Positions 22,007 to 34,045 of a stretch of 39,792 bases of DNA are shown here, one piece after another. A program made the position numbers and the translations under genes. This DNA comes from Malacoraja senta (taxonomy: Eukaryota), in the NCBI GenBank assembly GCA_038087875.1, contig JAXLNO010000554.1, positions 1-39,792 of the forward strand. Direction: 5' to 3'. Position 1 is the first letter of the stretch, and each line of letters opens with the position of its first letter. The notes beneath the pieces were generated by a model that was not told the origin of the DNA, searched no databases, and worked only from the letters and a program-made list of their open reading frames with translations.

Positions 22007-22384
22007 AAAAAATAAATGTTCTCATTTCCCCTCTCATCCCTCCTCCTCTCCTCTCTCCCTCTCTACTACCCCCCCTCCTCCCTCCTCCCCTCTCCCTCAT
22101 TCCCTCTCTCTCTCTCTCTCCCCCACAACTAGCACCAAAGATAATTGCAAAATGGACTAGGTGAGAGATTGTCTCCTCTCTCCTCTCTATCCTCACCTCT
22201 CTTCTCATCTCCTCCCCTCACATTTCCTCCACATACCCTCCTCTCTCCCCTCCTTTCCTCTCTCCTCCCTGCTTCTCTTGTAAATGCCGGCCAAAATAGA
22301 GCCAAAATAAAGCAGAGGATTCATGCATTCCAAAGGCCTTTTAGCCATTTGTGTATAAGAATTTAAAGGAGAATTTAAAGGAGA

Positions 22385-25300
22385 ATTTAAAGGAGACTTT
22401 AAACTAGAATGGTTGGGGGAGGGACTCAAATAGAGAATGCTATTAGACAGTGTGTGAGGAGAGGCAGAGAAGGAAAGCACTCAGACCCAACATTTAGGGT
22501 GGAAAGAAGAAAACAATAATAAACAGAGAATAAGAGGTGGTGGGGTTCTTAAATGGGTGAGCAGAGAAACAGAGGGATGAAAATGCGGGCGGAAGCAATA
22601 GGTAGCAAGGAAAAGCAAAAGTGGCAGGCAGACAAATCCAGGGCAAAAATCAAAAAGAGCCACTTTTCAACATAATTGTATAAGGGGTAAGAGCGTTGTA
22701 AAAACAAGCCTGAAGGCTTTGTGTCTCAATGCAAGGAGCATTCCGTAATAAGGTGGATGAGTTGAACGTGCAGATAGCAATTAATGATTATGATATAGTT
22801 GGGATCACGGAGACATGGCTCCAGGGTGACCAAGGCTGGAGCTGAACATCCAGGGATATTCAATATTCAGGAGGGATAGAGAGAAAGGAAAAGGAGGTGG
22901 GGTAGCGTTGCTGGTTAGAGAGGAGATTAACGCAGTGGAAAGGAAGGACATTAGCTTGGAGGATGTGGAATCGGTATGGGTAGAGCTGCGAAAGACTAAG
23001 GGGCAGAAAACGCTGGTGGGTGTTGTGTACAGGCCACCTAGCAGTAGTAGTGAAGTTGGGGATGGCATCAAACAGGAAATTAGAAATGCGTGCAACAAAG
23101 GCAAAACCGTTATAATGGGTGACTTCAATCTACATATAGATTGGGTGAATCAAATTGGCAGGGGTGCTGAGGAAGAGGATTTCTTGGAATGTATGAGGGA
23201 TAGTTATCTAAACCATCATGTAGAGGAACCAACGAGAGAGCAGGCTATTCTAGACTGGGTATTAAGTAATGAGGAAGGGTTAGTTAGCAGTCTTGTTGTG
23301 CGTGCCCCCTTGGGCAAGAGTAACCATAATATGGTTGAGTTCTTCATTAGGATGGAGAGTGACATTGTTAATTCAGAAACAACGGTTCTGAACTTAAAGA
23401 AAGGTAACTTTGAGGATATGAGACGTGAATTGGCCCCAAGATTGACTGGCAATTAGTTCTAAAAGGGTTGACGGTGGATATGCAATGGAAGGCATTTAAA
23501 GACTGCATGGATGAACTACAAAAATTGTTCATCCCAGTTTGGCAAAAGAATAAATCAGGGAAGGTAGTGCATCCGTGGATAACAAGGGAAATCAGGGATA
23601 GTATCAAAGCAAAAGATGATGCGTACAAATAGCCAGAAAAAGCAGCATACCAGAGGACAGGGAGAAATTCAGAGACCAGCAGAGGAGGACAAAGGGCTTA
23701 ATTAGGAAAGGGAAAATAGATTATGAAAGGAAACTGGCAGGGAACATAAAAACTGACTGCAAAAGTTTTTATAGATATGTGAAGAGAAAGAGATTAGTTA
23801 AAACAAATGGAGGTCCCTTGCAGTCAGAAACAGGTGAATTGATTATGGGGAACAAGGATATGGCGGACCAATTGAATAACTACTTTGGTTCCGTCTTCAC
23901 TAAGGAAGACATAAATAATCTGCCGGAAATAGCAGGGGGCCGCGGGTCAAAGGAGATGGAGGAACTGAGTGAAATCCAGGTTAGTCGGGAAGTGGTGTTG
24001 GGTAAATTGAATGGATTAAAGGCCGATAAATCACCAGGGCCAGATAGGCTGCATCCTAGCGTACTTAAGGAAGTAGCTCCAGAAATAGTGGATGCATTAG
24101 TGATAATTTTTCAAAACTCTTAAATTCTGGAGTAGTTCCTGAGGATTGGAGAGTGGCAAACGTAACCCCACTTTTTAAGAAGGGAGGGAGAGAGAAAACG
24201 GGGAAGTACAGACCAGTTAGTCTAACATCGGTAGTGGGGAAACTGCTAGAGTCAGTTATTAAAGATGGGATAGCAGCACATTTGGAAAGTGGTGAAATCA
24301 TTGGACAAAGTCAGCATGGATTTACGAAAGGTAAATCGTGTCTGACGAATCTTATAGAATTTTTCGAGGATGTAACTAGTAGAGTGGATAGAGGAGAACC
24401 AGTGGATGTGTTGTATCTGGACTTTCAGAAGGCTTTTGACAAGGTACCACATAAGAGATTAGGATACAAACTTAAATCACACGGTATTGGGGGTTCAGTA
24501 TTGATGTGGATAGAGAACTGGCTGGCAAACAGGAAGCAAAGAGTAGGAGTAAACGGGTTCTTTTTCACAATGGCAGGCAGTGACTAGTGGGGTACCGCAA
24601 GGCTCAGTGCTGGGACCCCAGCTATTTACAATTTATATTAATGATCTGGACGAGGGAATTGAAAGCAACATCTCCAAGTTTGCGGATGACACTAAGCTGG
24701 GGGGCAGTGTTAGCTGTGAGGAGGATGCTAGGAGACTGCAAGGTGACCTTGGATAGGCTGGGTGAGTGGGCAAATGTTTGGCAGATGCAGTATATGTGGA
24801 TAAATGTGAGGTTATCCACTTTGGTGGCAAAAACGGGAAGGCAGACTATTATCTAAATGGTGGCCGATTAGGAAATGGGGAGATGCAGCGAGACCTGGGT
24901 GTCATGGTACACCAGTCATTGAAAGTAGGCATGCAGGTGCAGCAGGCAGTGAAGAAAGCGAATGGTATGTTGGCCTTCATAGCAAGAGGATTTGAGTATA
25001 GGAGCAGGGAGGTTCTACTGCAGTTGTACAGGGTCTTGGTGAGACCACACCTGGAGTATTGGCGTACCGTTTTGGTCTCCAAATCTGAGGAAGGACATTA
25101 TAGCCATAGAGGGAGTGCAAAGAAGGTTCACCAGACTGATTCCTGGGATGTCAGGACTTTCATATGAAGAAAGACTGGATAGACTTGGCTTATACTCGCT
25201 AGAATTTAGGAGATTGAGAGGGGATCTTATAGAAACGTACAAAATTCTTATGGGGTTGGATAGGCTAGATGCAGGAAGATTGTTCCCGATGTTGGGGAAG

Positions 25301-25614
25301 TCCAGGACAAGAGGTCACAGCTTAAGGATAAGGGGGAAATCCTTTAAGACCGAGATGAGGAAAAACCTTTTCACACAGAGAGTGGTGAATCTCTGGAACT
25401 CTCTGCCACAGACGGTAGTTGAGGCCAGTTCATTGGCTATATTTAAGAGGGGAGTTAGATGTGGCCCTTGTGCTAAAGGGATCAGGGGTATGGAGAGAAG
25501 GCAGGTACGGGATACTGAGTTGGATGATCAGCCATGATCATATTGAATGGCGGTGCAGGCTCGAAGGGCCGAATGGCCTACTCCTGCACCTATTTTCTAT
25601 GTTTCTATGTTTCT
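22385..25614 (+). mobile_element. Near full-length CR1 LINE ORF2 (APE endonuclease + RT) with multiple frameshifts, plus 3' UTR
   Basis: Endonuclease: LCLNARS, GITETWL, GVVYRPP, MGDFN, ILDWVL, SNHNMV. RT: KSPGPD, YRPVSLTS, QHGF, YLDFQKAFDKVPH, FADD. It ends in a (TTTCTATG)n tail. Confidence 0.95.
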
Positions 25615-26249
25615 AAGCCACAGGCTGCTAGCTGGTGCCGGGAAGACTAGGTCCCAGATTAGTAGCCCAGATAAGGAAGGTCCAAGTATCTTTGTAATTA
25701 TTAGTATGTATGAGAATCTTGCAGAGGAACTCCAAGGTATTGTAAATGTATGAATTTGATTGGATTGCTGCAAAGGGATTGTAAATAATGTAAATAATGT
25801 TGCAAGACAGTTACCCTGCTGTTTGGTGATTGGCCAGAGTGTTTAAAACCTGGCAGAATTGTTTTGTGTTCCAGGGTAAATGTCCTCACTAAAGAAACCA
25901 CTCTAGTATCTTTGATTGACACACCACGTTTCACGGTCGGGACACTTTGGTCTGAAGAAGAAATTCCAAGAGCTTGAGGTTCGCTGTATCGGAGTGAATG
26001 AAATCGTATGGATGTCGTTCGGAAGAGGCGGTATAGGTCTGACTCGGGAGGTGTAAACAGGTGGGAGAAATGAAATCGGAAATTACTTGAAGGGGAAAGA
26101 ATAAAGCTGAATGCTGGGAACGGGGGATACAATGGGTCTCTCGGTGTTGGTGATGGCCATGTAGAATGCAGCTGCCGTGGCCTATCGCTGTTGTGGCCTT
26201 ACTGATGAATGCCGTGGTCAATGCTGTCGTGGCCGGCCGCTGCCGTGAC

Positions 26250-26910
26250 CTACCGGCTTCAGGGGGGACTGGTGGGGAGCATCCTGTAGCTGGGGACGGG
26301 GGGACGGCTTCAGGCGGGGGCTGGCGGGGGAGAGTCCTGCAGCTGGGGACAGGGACGGCTTCAGGTGGGGATGGTCAAGCATCCTGCAGCGTGGTCGGCT
26401 TCAGGCGGGGCAGTCGGGTGCCGGTGGAGAGTGGGGGGACGGGGGGGGGGGTGTCCTGCAGCCGGTGTAGGGGGACGGCATTAGGCGTGGGCCGGTGGAG
26501 AGTGGGGTGCGCCCTGCAGCCGGTGGAGGGGGACGGCTTCAGGCGGGGGATGTCGGGTGGTGTACTGCAGCCGGCTGAGGGGGGCATCCTGCAGTGGGGG
26601 GTGGGGACGGCTTCAGGAGGGGGCTGTCAGTGGACAGGGGTGGCTTCAGGCGGGGCCGGTGAGGGGGGGGGGGTGGAGAGCGTCCTGCAGCCGCGGGAGG
26701 GGGGTGGCTTCAGGCAGGGCTGTCGGGGGCGGGGAGAGGGAGCGCTGCCGTGTGCTACCGCTGCCGTGGCCAACCGCTGACACGGCCTCCCACTGCCGCT
26801 CCCCACCGGCTTCAGAAGGGGGCAGGTAGGGAGCGTCCTGTAGCCAGGGACGGGGACGGCTTCAGGCGGGAGCGTCCTGTAGCCAGGGACGGGGACGACT
26901 TCAGGTGGGG
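26250..26910 (+). repeat. G-rich degenerate tandem repeat (core GGGGACGGCTTCAGGCGGG...CCTGCAGCC)
   Basis: About a dozen recurrences of GGCTTCAGG, including a near-perfect 39-bp doublet at about 26828-26905. Confidence 0.8.
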
Positions 26911-26931
26911 GCCAGCGGGAGCCAAGTGCTC

Positions 26932-27833
26932 TATAGGGGGGTTGCACGTAAGGTCGCTGGGTCATAGGGCTTGACGCACGGAGCCGCTCAATCCATCTGG
27001 AGGACATCCGTAACTTCCGGTATATGTTATTAATGCAAGAAACGCTACTTTCCTATCTGTTAAAAACCGCCAAAATTTTGACTTTTTTCGCTGTAAAAAA
27101 TTGTGGAAGTCGGGGTAAGTGTGAGAGACATGTACCCAACTTCAGAATCCCAAAAGTGAAGCGAAATGAAGGTAAAGAGAAGCGAGAGCTGAAGGGACAA
27201 CAGCAGCTAAAGTGCTTGGCGGACATTGACCATGCAGATATCGGAATTGGAAATATTGGGATATATCGCGTTTGCTCACTGCATTTCATCAACAGTAAGG
27301 CATTATTTGCGTTTTTCTTGATTCCTTTGGTATCTAAAAAGTCTCAAAAGTGATAAATCTGGTTGTAAATTTTGCTTCAGAGGCGTTTTGTTTTTGTATG
27401 TAAAAACCCACTTGAAAACCACGGGCGATTTTAAAATTTTACAGCCAGATTTATCCCTTCTGAAACTTTTTAGATGCCAAAGGAATCAAGAAAAACACAA
27501 ATAATGCCTGTTGATGAAATGCAGTGAGCAAACGGCCAATGTTCGCCAAGCATTTTGACTGTTGTTGTCCCTTCAGCTCTCGCTTCTATCTACCGTCATT
27601 TCTCCTCACTTTTGGAATTCTGAAGTAGGCTAAATGTCTCTCACGCTTATCCCGATTTCCATAATTATTTACAGCGCAAAAATTGACAATTTCGGCGGGT
27701 TTTAACGGGCCCGCTACGCTGGAAACAATGGTGAGAGCTTACCTGTAGTTCATCGCGTGTAATCCATTTGGCGTAGCGTAGCAACAGTACGGGTCATGGG
27801 GTCGTGACCCGACTGCCGTGAAACCTCCCTATA
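26932..27833. mobile_element. Non-autonomous TIR DNA element with a ~650-bp internal palindrome (superfamily uncertain, possibly ISL2EU/Harbinger-related)
   Basis: Termini TATAGGGGGGTTGCACG and CGTGAAACCTCCCTATA are inverted (15/17 match). Internal arms lie at 27059-27373 and 27433-27706. Confidence 0.7.
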
Positions 27834-28009
27834 ACTCTGTAAGAAAGTGACCGAGGAGCATGTAAAGGTAAGAACCATATGTAGCACACTGTTAGTTACT
27901 TTGGGTCAGGTTGGTGCGGATGGGAATGCTTCCAAGATTGCGCCCAACACAGGTGACTATTTGCGTGCTAGCCACAGAATTAGATCTACAAACTCGCATT
28001 ACAGTCCCT

Positions 28010-28430
28010 CCACACTCTTCAATCTGTATGCACTGTAAATGAATTGATTGCAATCATGTATTGTCAGTCTGCTGACTGGTTAGCACGCAACATAAAGCTT
28101 TTCACTGTACCTCGATATACTGTACACATGACAATAAACTAAACTGAAACTGGCTTCTGCAAGTCAAGTCAACTGTATTGTCATATGCATAAGTGTACCA
28201 CATATGCCACAACCAGCGAGCAGTGCTGAACTACTATCTACCTCTTTGGTGACCATCGGACTATGCTTGTTCGGACATTGCTGGCTGGCTTTACCCTGAA
28301 CCGAAATCTCTTATGGTCTTTCTATACACTGTAAATGCCTCGATTGTAATCATGTATTGTCTTTCTGCTTACTGGATAGCACGCAATTAAAGCTTTTCAC
28401 TGTTCACTGACAATAAATTAAACTGAAACA
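28010..28430 (+). mobile_element. Two Rex1-type 3' UTR remnants (about 28010-28150 and 28205-28430); a third lies at about 1835-1912
   Basis: Shared CACTGTAAATG...GATTGTAATCATGTATTGTC...ACTGG.TAGCACGCAA...AAAGCTTTTCACTGT...TGACAATAAA. Confidence 0.55.
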
Positions 28431-29289
28431 CGAACAGAAACGTCACCCGTTCCTTCTATCCAGAGATGATCCCTGTCCCAATGAGTTACTCTTACATTTT
28501 GTGTCTACAATGGAACATCCATTCATCCTCCTCAGCGTGGGGATCAGGGTGAGGGGAATTGGATACCAAGGGAGCTGTATTCCAGAAAAGAACCCAAACA
28601 CGGTACAGTCCCCAGGACGAGAGACCATCGCCACTGACCATCGTATCCTGCCAAGCTCTCAATGATCCAACCACCTTGCACAGCCATGGTCCAGGTGACG
28701 TGGAATAACTCATATTTTATGATATTTATATCTGAAGCGTTCTTGCTTTTAATATGCCGGCAAAGCTGCAGCAAGCAGGTACTTCACTTGTTTCACTACT
28801 GTTTCAAATGACAATTAAACACACTTCACTCTTACCCAATGTGCTGACCATCGGTCATCATTATTGATGATATTGTTATTCACTTCGTGCAATCTGACAG
28901 CAACAATGACTTTATCAGCTGTAAAGGTAAACTTCATAGGGATTGAAGAAAGCTATATAAAAATTACACCAACATTTTAAATCTCAGTGTAAACTCTGAT
29001 CAAATCTCAGAAGCGACCCAAATTTTTACACGCGAATGCTGATCTAATACGGGAACACAAGCTCAATCATTTCACCAACTGAGATAAGGAACACAGTTAG
29101 GACAGAGCACGAGACATCAAATAATTAAACAACCTGAAAAGCCCAGAGATGCTCCAATGGTTCCAGGAACGGCAGATGGAGTGAGGGCATTCTGAGTGCA
29201 GTCATGTCCTTGCAATTTTCATTGTTTGTGGTCTAACTGTGGCACTGAGTGATGGTTACAAAGAAGACACAATAAACTGTGTTGAATAG

Positions 29290-29845
29290 TTTGAATAATG
29301 ATAGGTGTGGATAGAGTGGATGTAGAGGGATTGTTTCCACTAGTGGGAGAGCCTTGGACCAGGGGCCATGACCTCAGAATAAAAGGACATACCTGTAATA
29401 AGATGAGGAGGAATTTATTTAGTCAGAGTTGTGAATCTGTGGAATTCTCTGCCTCAGAGGGCGGTGGAGGCAGGTTCTCTGGATACTTTCATGAGAGAGC
29501 TAGATAGGGCTCTTAAAGATAGCGGAGTCATGGGGAGAAGGCATGAATGGGGTACTGATTGGGGATGATCAGCCATGATCACATTGAATGGCGGTGCTGG
29601 CTCGAAGGGCCGAATGGGCTACTCCTGCACCTGTTGTCTATTGATTCTGTGGAATTCATTGCCACAGATGGCTGTGGAGGCCATTAGTGTGTATTTATGA
29701 GGAGGAGATTAACAGATTCTTGATTAGTAAGGGTGCCATGTGTTATGGGGAGAATGCAGGAGAATGTGGTTGAGAGGGTAAGATTGATTAGCCATGATTG
29801 AATGGCGGAGTAAACTTGATGGCCTAATTCTGCTCCTTGAACATA
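29290..29845 (+). mobile_element. Two adjacent CR1 3' fragments
   Basis: TRGHDLRIKG, TGTGGAATTC and GATCAGCCATGAT 3' UTR motifs. Confidence 0.8.
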
Positions 29846-30564
29846 CGAAACAGCAGATGCTGGAAACTTAAGCTAAAAACAAATTGCTGGAAGAACAAAG
29901 TGCTGGAGGAACAGATGATGTTTTGGGTCGGGAACGAATCCTAAACGCTTCTTGTCCATTCCCTCCACACATGCTACGGTTACGAATATAGGCTCAAGTT
30001 GTGGATAGAGGGACAGGATTGAAAGCTACATCACATGACTGAGAAACGACCCAACATCTAACTAGAAAAGAATTTTATAGTAAACTTTAGAAAATGTTGA
30101 TCCCAATCAAAACAAACCTGCTGCAAGTTGACGAAAGTATAAAACACATGTTAAGTGCCACCACCTTTTCCCTTGACAGTAATCTTTCACAGCCACTGTG
30201 TATTTCCAACATTTCCTATGTTTCCTGGACATTTCCAGGTCTCTGTGTTTCCGCAATAGCCTGAGGGAAGACAAGAGGTTGTACATAGTCAGACTGACCA
30301 GGGAACACATAGGTCTTGTTTCCAGCCTGCAAGGAATCAACCGATCACAGTCAGTGCTCCCGAAGAGAAGAACTGCGTTCAGTTATCCAATCCTGGCTCC
30401 TGTTTGCTTCTTAAAATTCCTACTGAATGGATGTCATGATCCCTGGAATGTCAGAACCCGATCCAAGTCCAGTTGAAGAACACCATTAAAATCACTTCCA
30501 GGATAAAGTGTTGAAATTCATCGACCGCGACCGTCCGCAAATTAATTCAGCTTCAAAGCTCAAT

Positions 30565-30965
30565 CAGAGGCCGACCGACTGTTCATTATCAATGGCAATC
30601 GGTGTCTGACAATCTTCATTGGATGGATCTATACATACACACATACACACGCGTAACACACACAGGGCCGACCTACAATTCACTATCATGGTGATCAGTG
30701 TATGGCAGTGTTCATTGGATGTATCTACACACATGCATAACGCACACAGGGCTGACTGTACACACACGGCACACATGCGGTCACACATCTATGCTGCATG
30801 CATCTATACACATACACACACACGTAACATACACACACACGTAACACACACAGAGCCGAGCGACAGTTTATTATCAATGGTGATCGATGTATGGCAGTAT
30901 TCATTGGGTGCATCTGTACACACACACAAACACACACTCAGACACACAAGCGTAACACACACGTG
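30565..30965 (+). repeat. Three-copy complex repeat: a ~60-bp conserved segment alternating with degenerate (CA)n
   Basis: CAGRGCCGA...TATCAATGG..ATC.RTGT.TGRCA.T.TTCATTGG.TG.ATCT at about 30565, 30662 and 30851. Confidence 0.8.
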
Positions 30966-31454
30966 GGTATAAAGAGAAAGCAACGTCACATCCTGATTCC
31001 TAGGCTTGCGGTGAATCGCTGTGACTGGGAGCGGCTCCCACTGTCTGTCGGTGACAGTCGGTCACTCAGATCTGAAATCAGTTCTTACGCACATCTTCAA
31101 CTTGCCTCGGTGGTTGGAGACGACGATTCTTGCTGTGTTGCACCAGTCACTGAAAACAAAGGAACACAACGAGTCAGTGATGTTGGAGGGCGCACAGCAA
31201 CGCAAGCCGAGAGGGAAACAAACAGTAATAAATTATTGGGGGACGCACATAGTAATGTGTCCAGGGTACACCAGGGAGTAAATGTTGTCATGGTGCAAAA
31301 CGGCAAAACAATATTTGAGGAAACATACAGTGATAAATCACAATAGAGGGCTCGGTAAGTCCCGCCGAGTGACGCCAGCATTTTGTGTCTATCTTCGGTC
31401 AATAAGTATCAGAGGGCCTGTCTATCAGTGGAAAGGTAATCTTCTGATAGATAA

Positions 31455-32415
31455 AATGGTGAGAGGGGCAAAGTTTCAAGATGTGCGAGGCAAGTTTTTT
31501 TTCTCATTTTCATTTAACACAGAAGGTGCTCAGTGTCTGGAACATGCAAGGGTGGTGAATCTGTGGAATTCTTGGCCACAGAAGGCTGTGGAGGCAAAGT
31601 CAGTGGATATACTTAAGGCAGAGATAGATAGATTCTTGATTAGTGCGGGTGTCAGAGGTTATGTGAGATTTCAAAATGGAGGTAGACTGGGAAAATCAGG
31701 TTGGTACTGGACCCCAAGAAAGGGTGTTTGCAGGGTGCCTCCGAGATAGATTCCCTGGAGCCTATCAGTGAGAAGGCAATTCTGGATTTAGTGTTGTGTA
31801 ATGAACCAGATTTGATAAGGGAACTCAAGGTAAAGGAACCATTAGGAGGTAGTGACTACAATATGATAAGTTTTAATCTGCAATTTGAGAGGGAGAAGGT
31901 TAAATCAGAAGTGTTGCAGTTTAACCAAAGGGACTATGAAGGCATGAGGGAGGCGATGGCCAAAGTTGACTGGAAAGGGACCCCAGCAGGGATGACAGTG
32001 GAACAGCAATAGCAGGAATTTCTGGGAATAATCCAGAAGATGCAGGATCATTTCATTCCAAATAGGAAGAAAGATTCTAAGGGGAGTAAGAGGTGACCGT
32101 GACTGACAAGGGAAGTCAAGGACAGTATAAAAATAAAAGAGAAGGCGTATAACATTGGAAAAATAAGCGGGAAGCCAGAGGATTGGGAAACTTTTAAAGA
32201 ACAACAGAAGGCAACTAAAAAGGCAATACGGGGAGAAAAGATGATCTACAAAGGTAAACTAGTCAAGAATATAAAGGAGGATTGTAAAAGCTTCTTTAGG
32301 TATGTGAAGAGGAAAAGATTAGTTAAGACAAATGTGGGTCCCTTGAAGATAGAAACAGGTGAATTTATTATGGGGAACAATGAAATGGCAGACGAGTTGA
32401 ACAGGTACTTTGGTC
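31455..32415 (+). mobile_element. CR1 fragments: 3' pieces (31455-31665) and an endonuclease/linker piece (31735-32415)
   Basis: RVVNLWNSWP, AILDLVLCNE, LGGSDYNMI, KSFFRYVKRK and EMADELN motifs. Confidence 0.85.
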
Positions 32416-32949
32416 TGTGTTCGCTAAGGAAGGAGAGGATGAGGTAACGTTTCGGGTTGGGACGATTCAGACTGATTGTGGTAGAGGGAACGGAGAAGGC
32501 TGAAAGAAAGGTGGGGCTGGGACAAAGTAGGCATAGGACAAAGCCTGGCAAGTGATAAGCGGATATACACAAGCTGCTGGAGTAACTCAGCGGGTCAGGC
32601 AACATTTCTGAATAGGTATAGGTGAGGTTTCGGGTCGACACGTTTCTTCAAACTGAGACAGGAGAGAAGGCAACTTTTCTCTGCCCCCCCCCCCCCCCGC
32701 GGAGCTACAACAGTGACTCCACCGACCCTCGCCTCTCCATCGCCCACCAGCAGGCCGGGTTTGATGGGCACAGATAAGGCCAGAGATGAAAAGCCAAAAG
32801 GCTAGGACAGGAAAAGCATGAATGGTAAAGTCAGGGGAAGGTAGATAGTTGGATGGGGACAGGAGGGAATGGGCAAGGAGTGGGGTGCGGGAATGTGGGA
32901 GAAATGGGTCCACATCCAGGTGGGCAAGAGAGGTAGGTATTTGTCTCAC

Positions 32950-33250
32950 GCCATGACACACCATCCCCCCCATGACACTCTGGTAAACCTGATGAGCACC
33001 TACAGCAACAGACTGGTTCCACTAAGATGCAGTACAGAACCCCACAGGATATCCTTCTTCCTTGTGGCTATCAAACTGTATAACTCATCCCCTTTCTGTC
33101 GTGGGGTAGACTAACTCCCCTCCCCAATATTTGCACATCACCAATCCTTTCCACTCATCACTTTAATTTCTTGTTTCATGTATCTTGTATTTTATGACTG
33201 TTGGCAGATCAATTTCCCTCCTGGGATTAATAAAAGTTCTATCGTATCGC
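32950..33250 (+). mobile_element. Rex1-type LINE 3' end
   Basis: HPPHDTLVNLMSTYSNRLVPLRCSTEPHRISFFLVAIKLYN, ending in AATTTCCC...GGGATTAATAAAAG. Confidence 0.75.
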
Positions 33251-33389
33251 ATCATCCAGCTTGCTTCCCCCTACAACAATTAGTATTAAGGGTCCTGACC
33301 TGAAACGTCACCTATCCACGTCCTCCAGAGATGCTGCCTGATCCGCTGAGTTACTCCAGCACTTAGTGTCCACTTTCTACAGCACTTCC

Positions 33390-34045
33390 CTGAAAGTGGC
33401 AACATATGTGGAGAGAGTGGTCAAGAAGGCATATGGTTTGCTTGCTTTCATGGGTCATGGGTGCATTGACTATAACAGTCAGGAAGTCATGATGCATCTT
33501 TATAGGACTTTGGTTTAGGCTGCATTTGGAGTATTGCATCCAGTTCCGGTTGCCCCATTATAGGAAGTATTTGGAAGCTTTGGAGAGAGTGCAGCAGGTT
33601 GTCCAGAATATTTTGCCTGGATTAAGAGGCACTAGCTACAGGGAGAAGTTGGACATACTTGGATTGTTTCCTCTGGAATGCCGGAGGTTGCGGAGAGACC
33701 TAATAGAGGTTTGTAAAATGATGAAAGGTGGAGAATCAGGATCGTTCTCCCAGAATTTAAAACCATCAAATACTAGAGGGCATTGCTTTAGTGAAAAGGG
33801 TAGAGTTTAAAGGAGATGTTCGGGGCAAGTTTCTTTTTACACAGAGGGTGGTGAGTGCCTGGAACGCGCTGCCAGGGGTGGAAGTTGAAGCAGATACAAT
33901 AGTGGCATTTGAAAGACTTTTAGATAGGCACATGGATATGCATGAAATGGGGAGATATGGATTATATGCAGGTAGATAAGCGATGGTCTTGGCATCATGT
34001 TCATTGTGTGCTGAAGGGCCTGTTCTTGTGCTGTACTGCTCCATG
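33390..34045 (+). mobile_element. CR1-clade (HER1-like) LINE 3' fragment
   Basis: LEYCIQF, LERVQ, RRLRRDLIEV, NTRGH and FTQRVVSAWNALP motifs. Confidence 0.85.

Larger units (their letters stand above)
18196..22270 (+). repeat. CT-rich polypyrimidine satellite block 4 (8 conserved cassettes)
   Basis: Cassettes at about 19142, 19690, 19852, 20209, 20781, 21045, 21668 and 22122. Confidence 0.9.

Noticed and set aside
2394..22172. CRISPR array interpretation of the cassette and spacer pattern
   Set aside because: The context is vertebrate with no cas genes. The spacers are low-complexity, related to each other and highly variable in length, and the repeats are too divergent.
22359..22394. Triple 12-mer GAATTTAAAGGA at the CR1 5' junction
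   Set aside because: A short local tandem duplication with no evidence of function.
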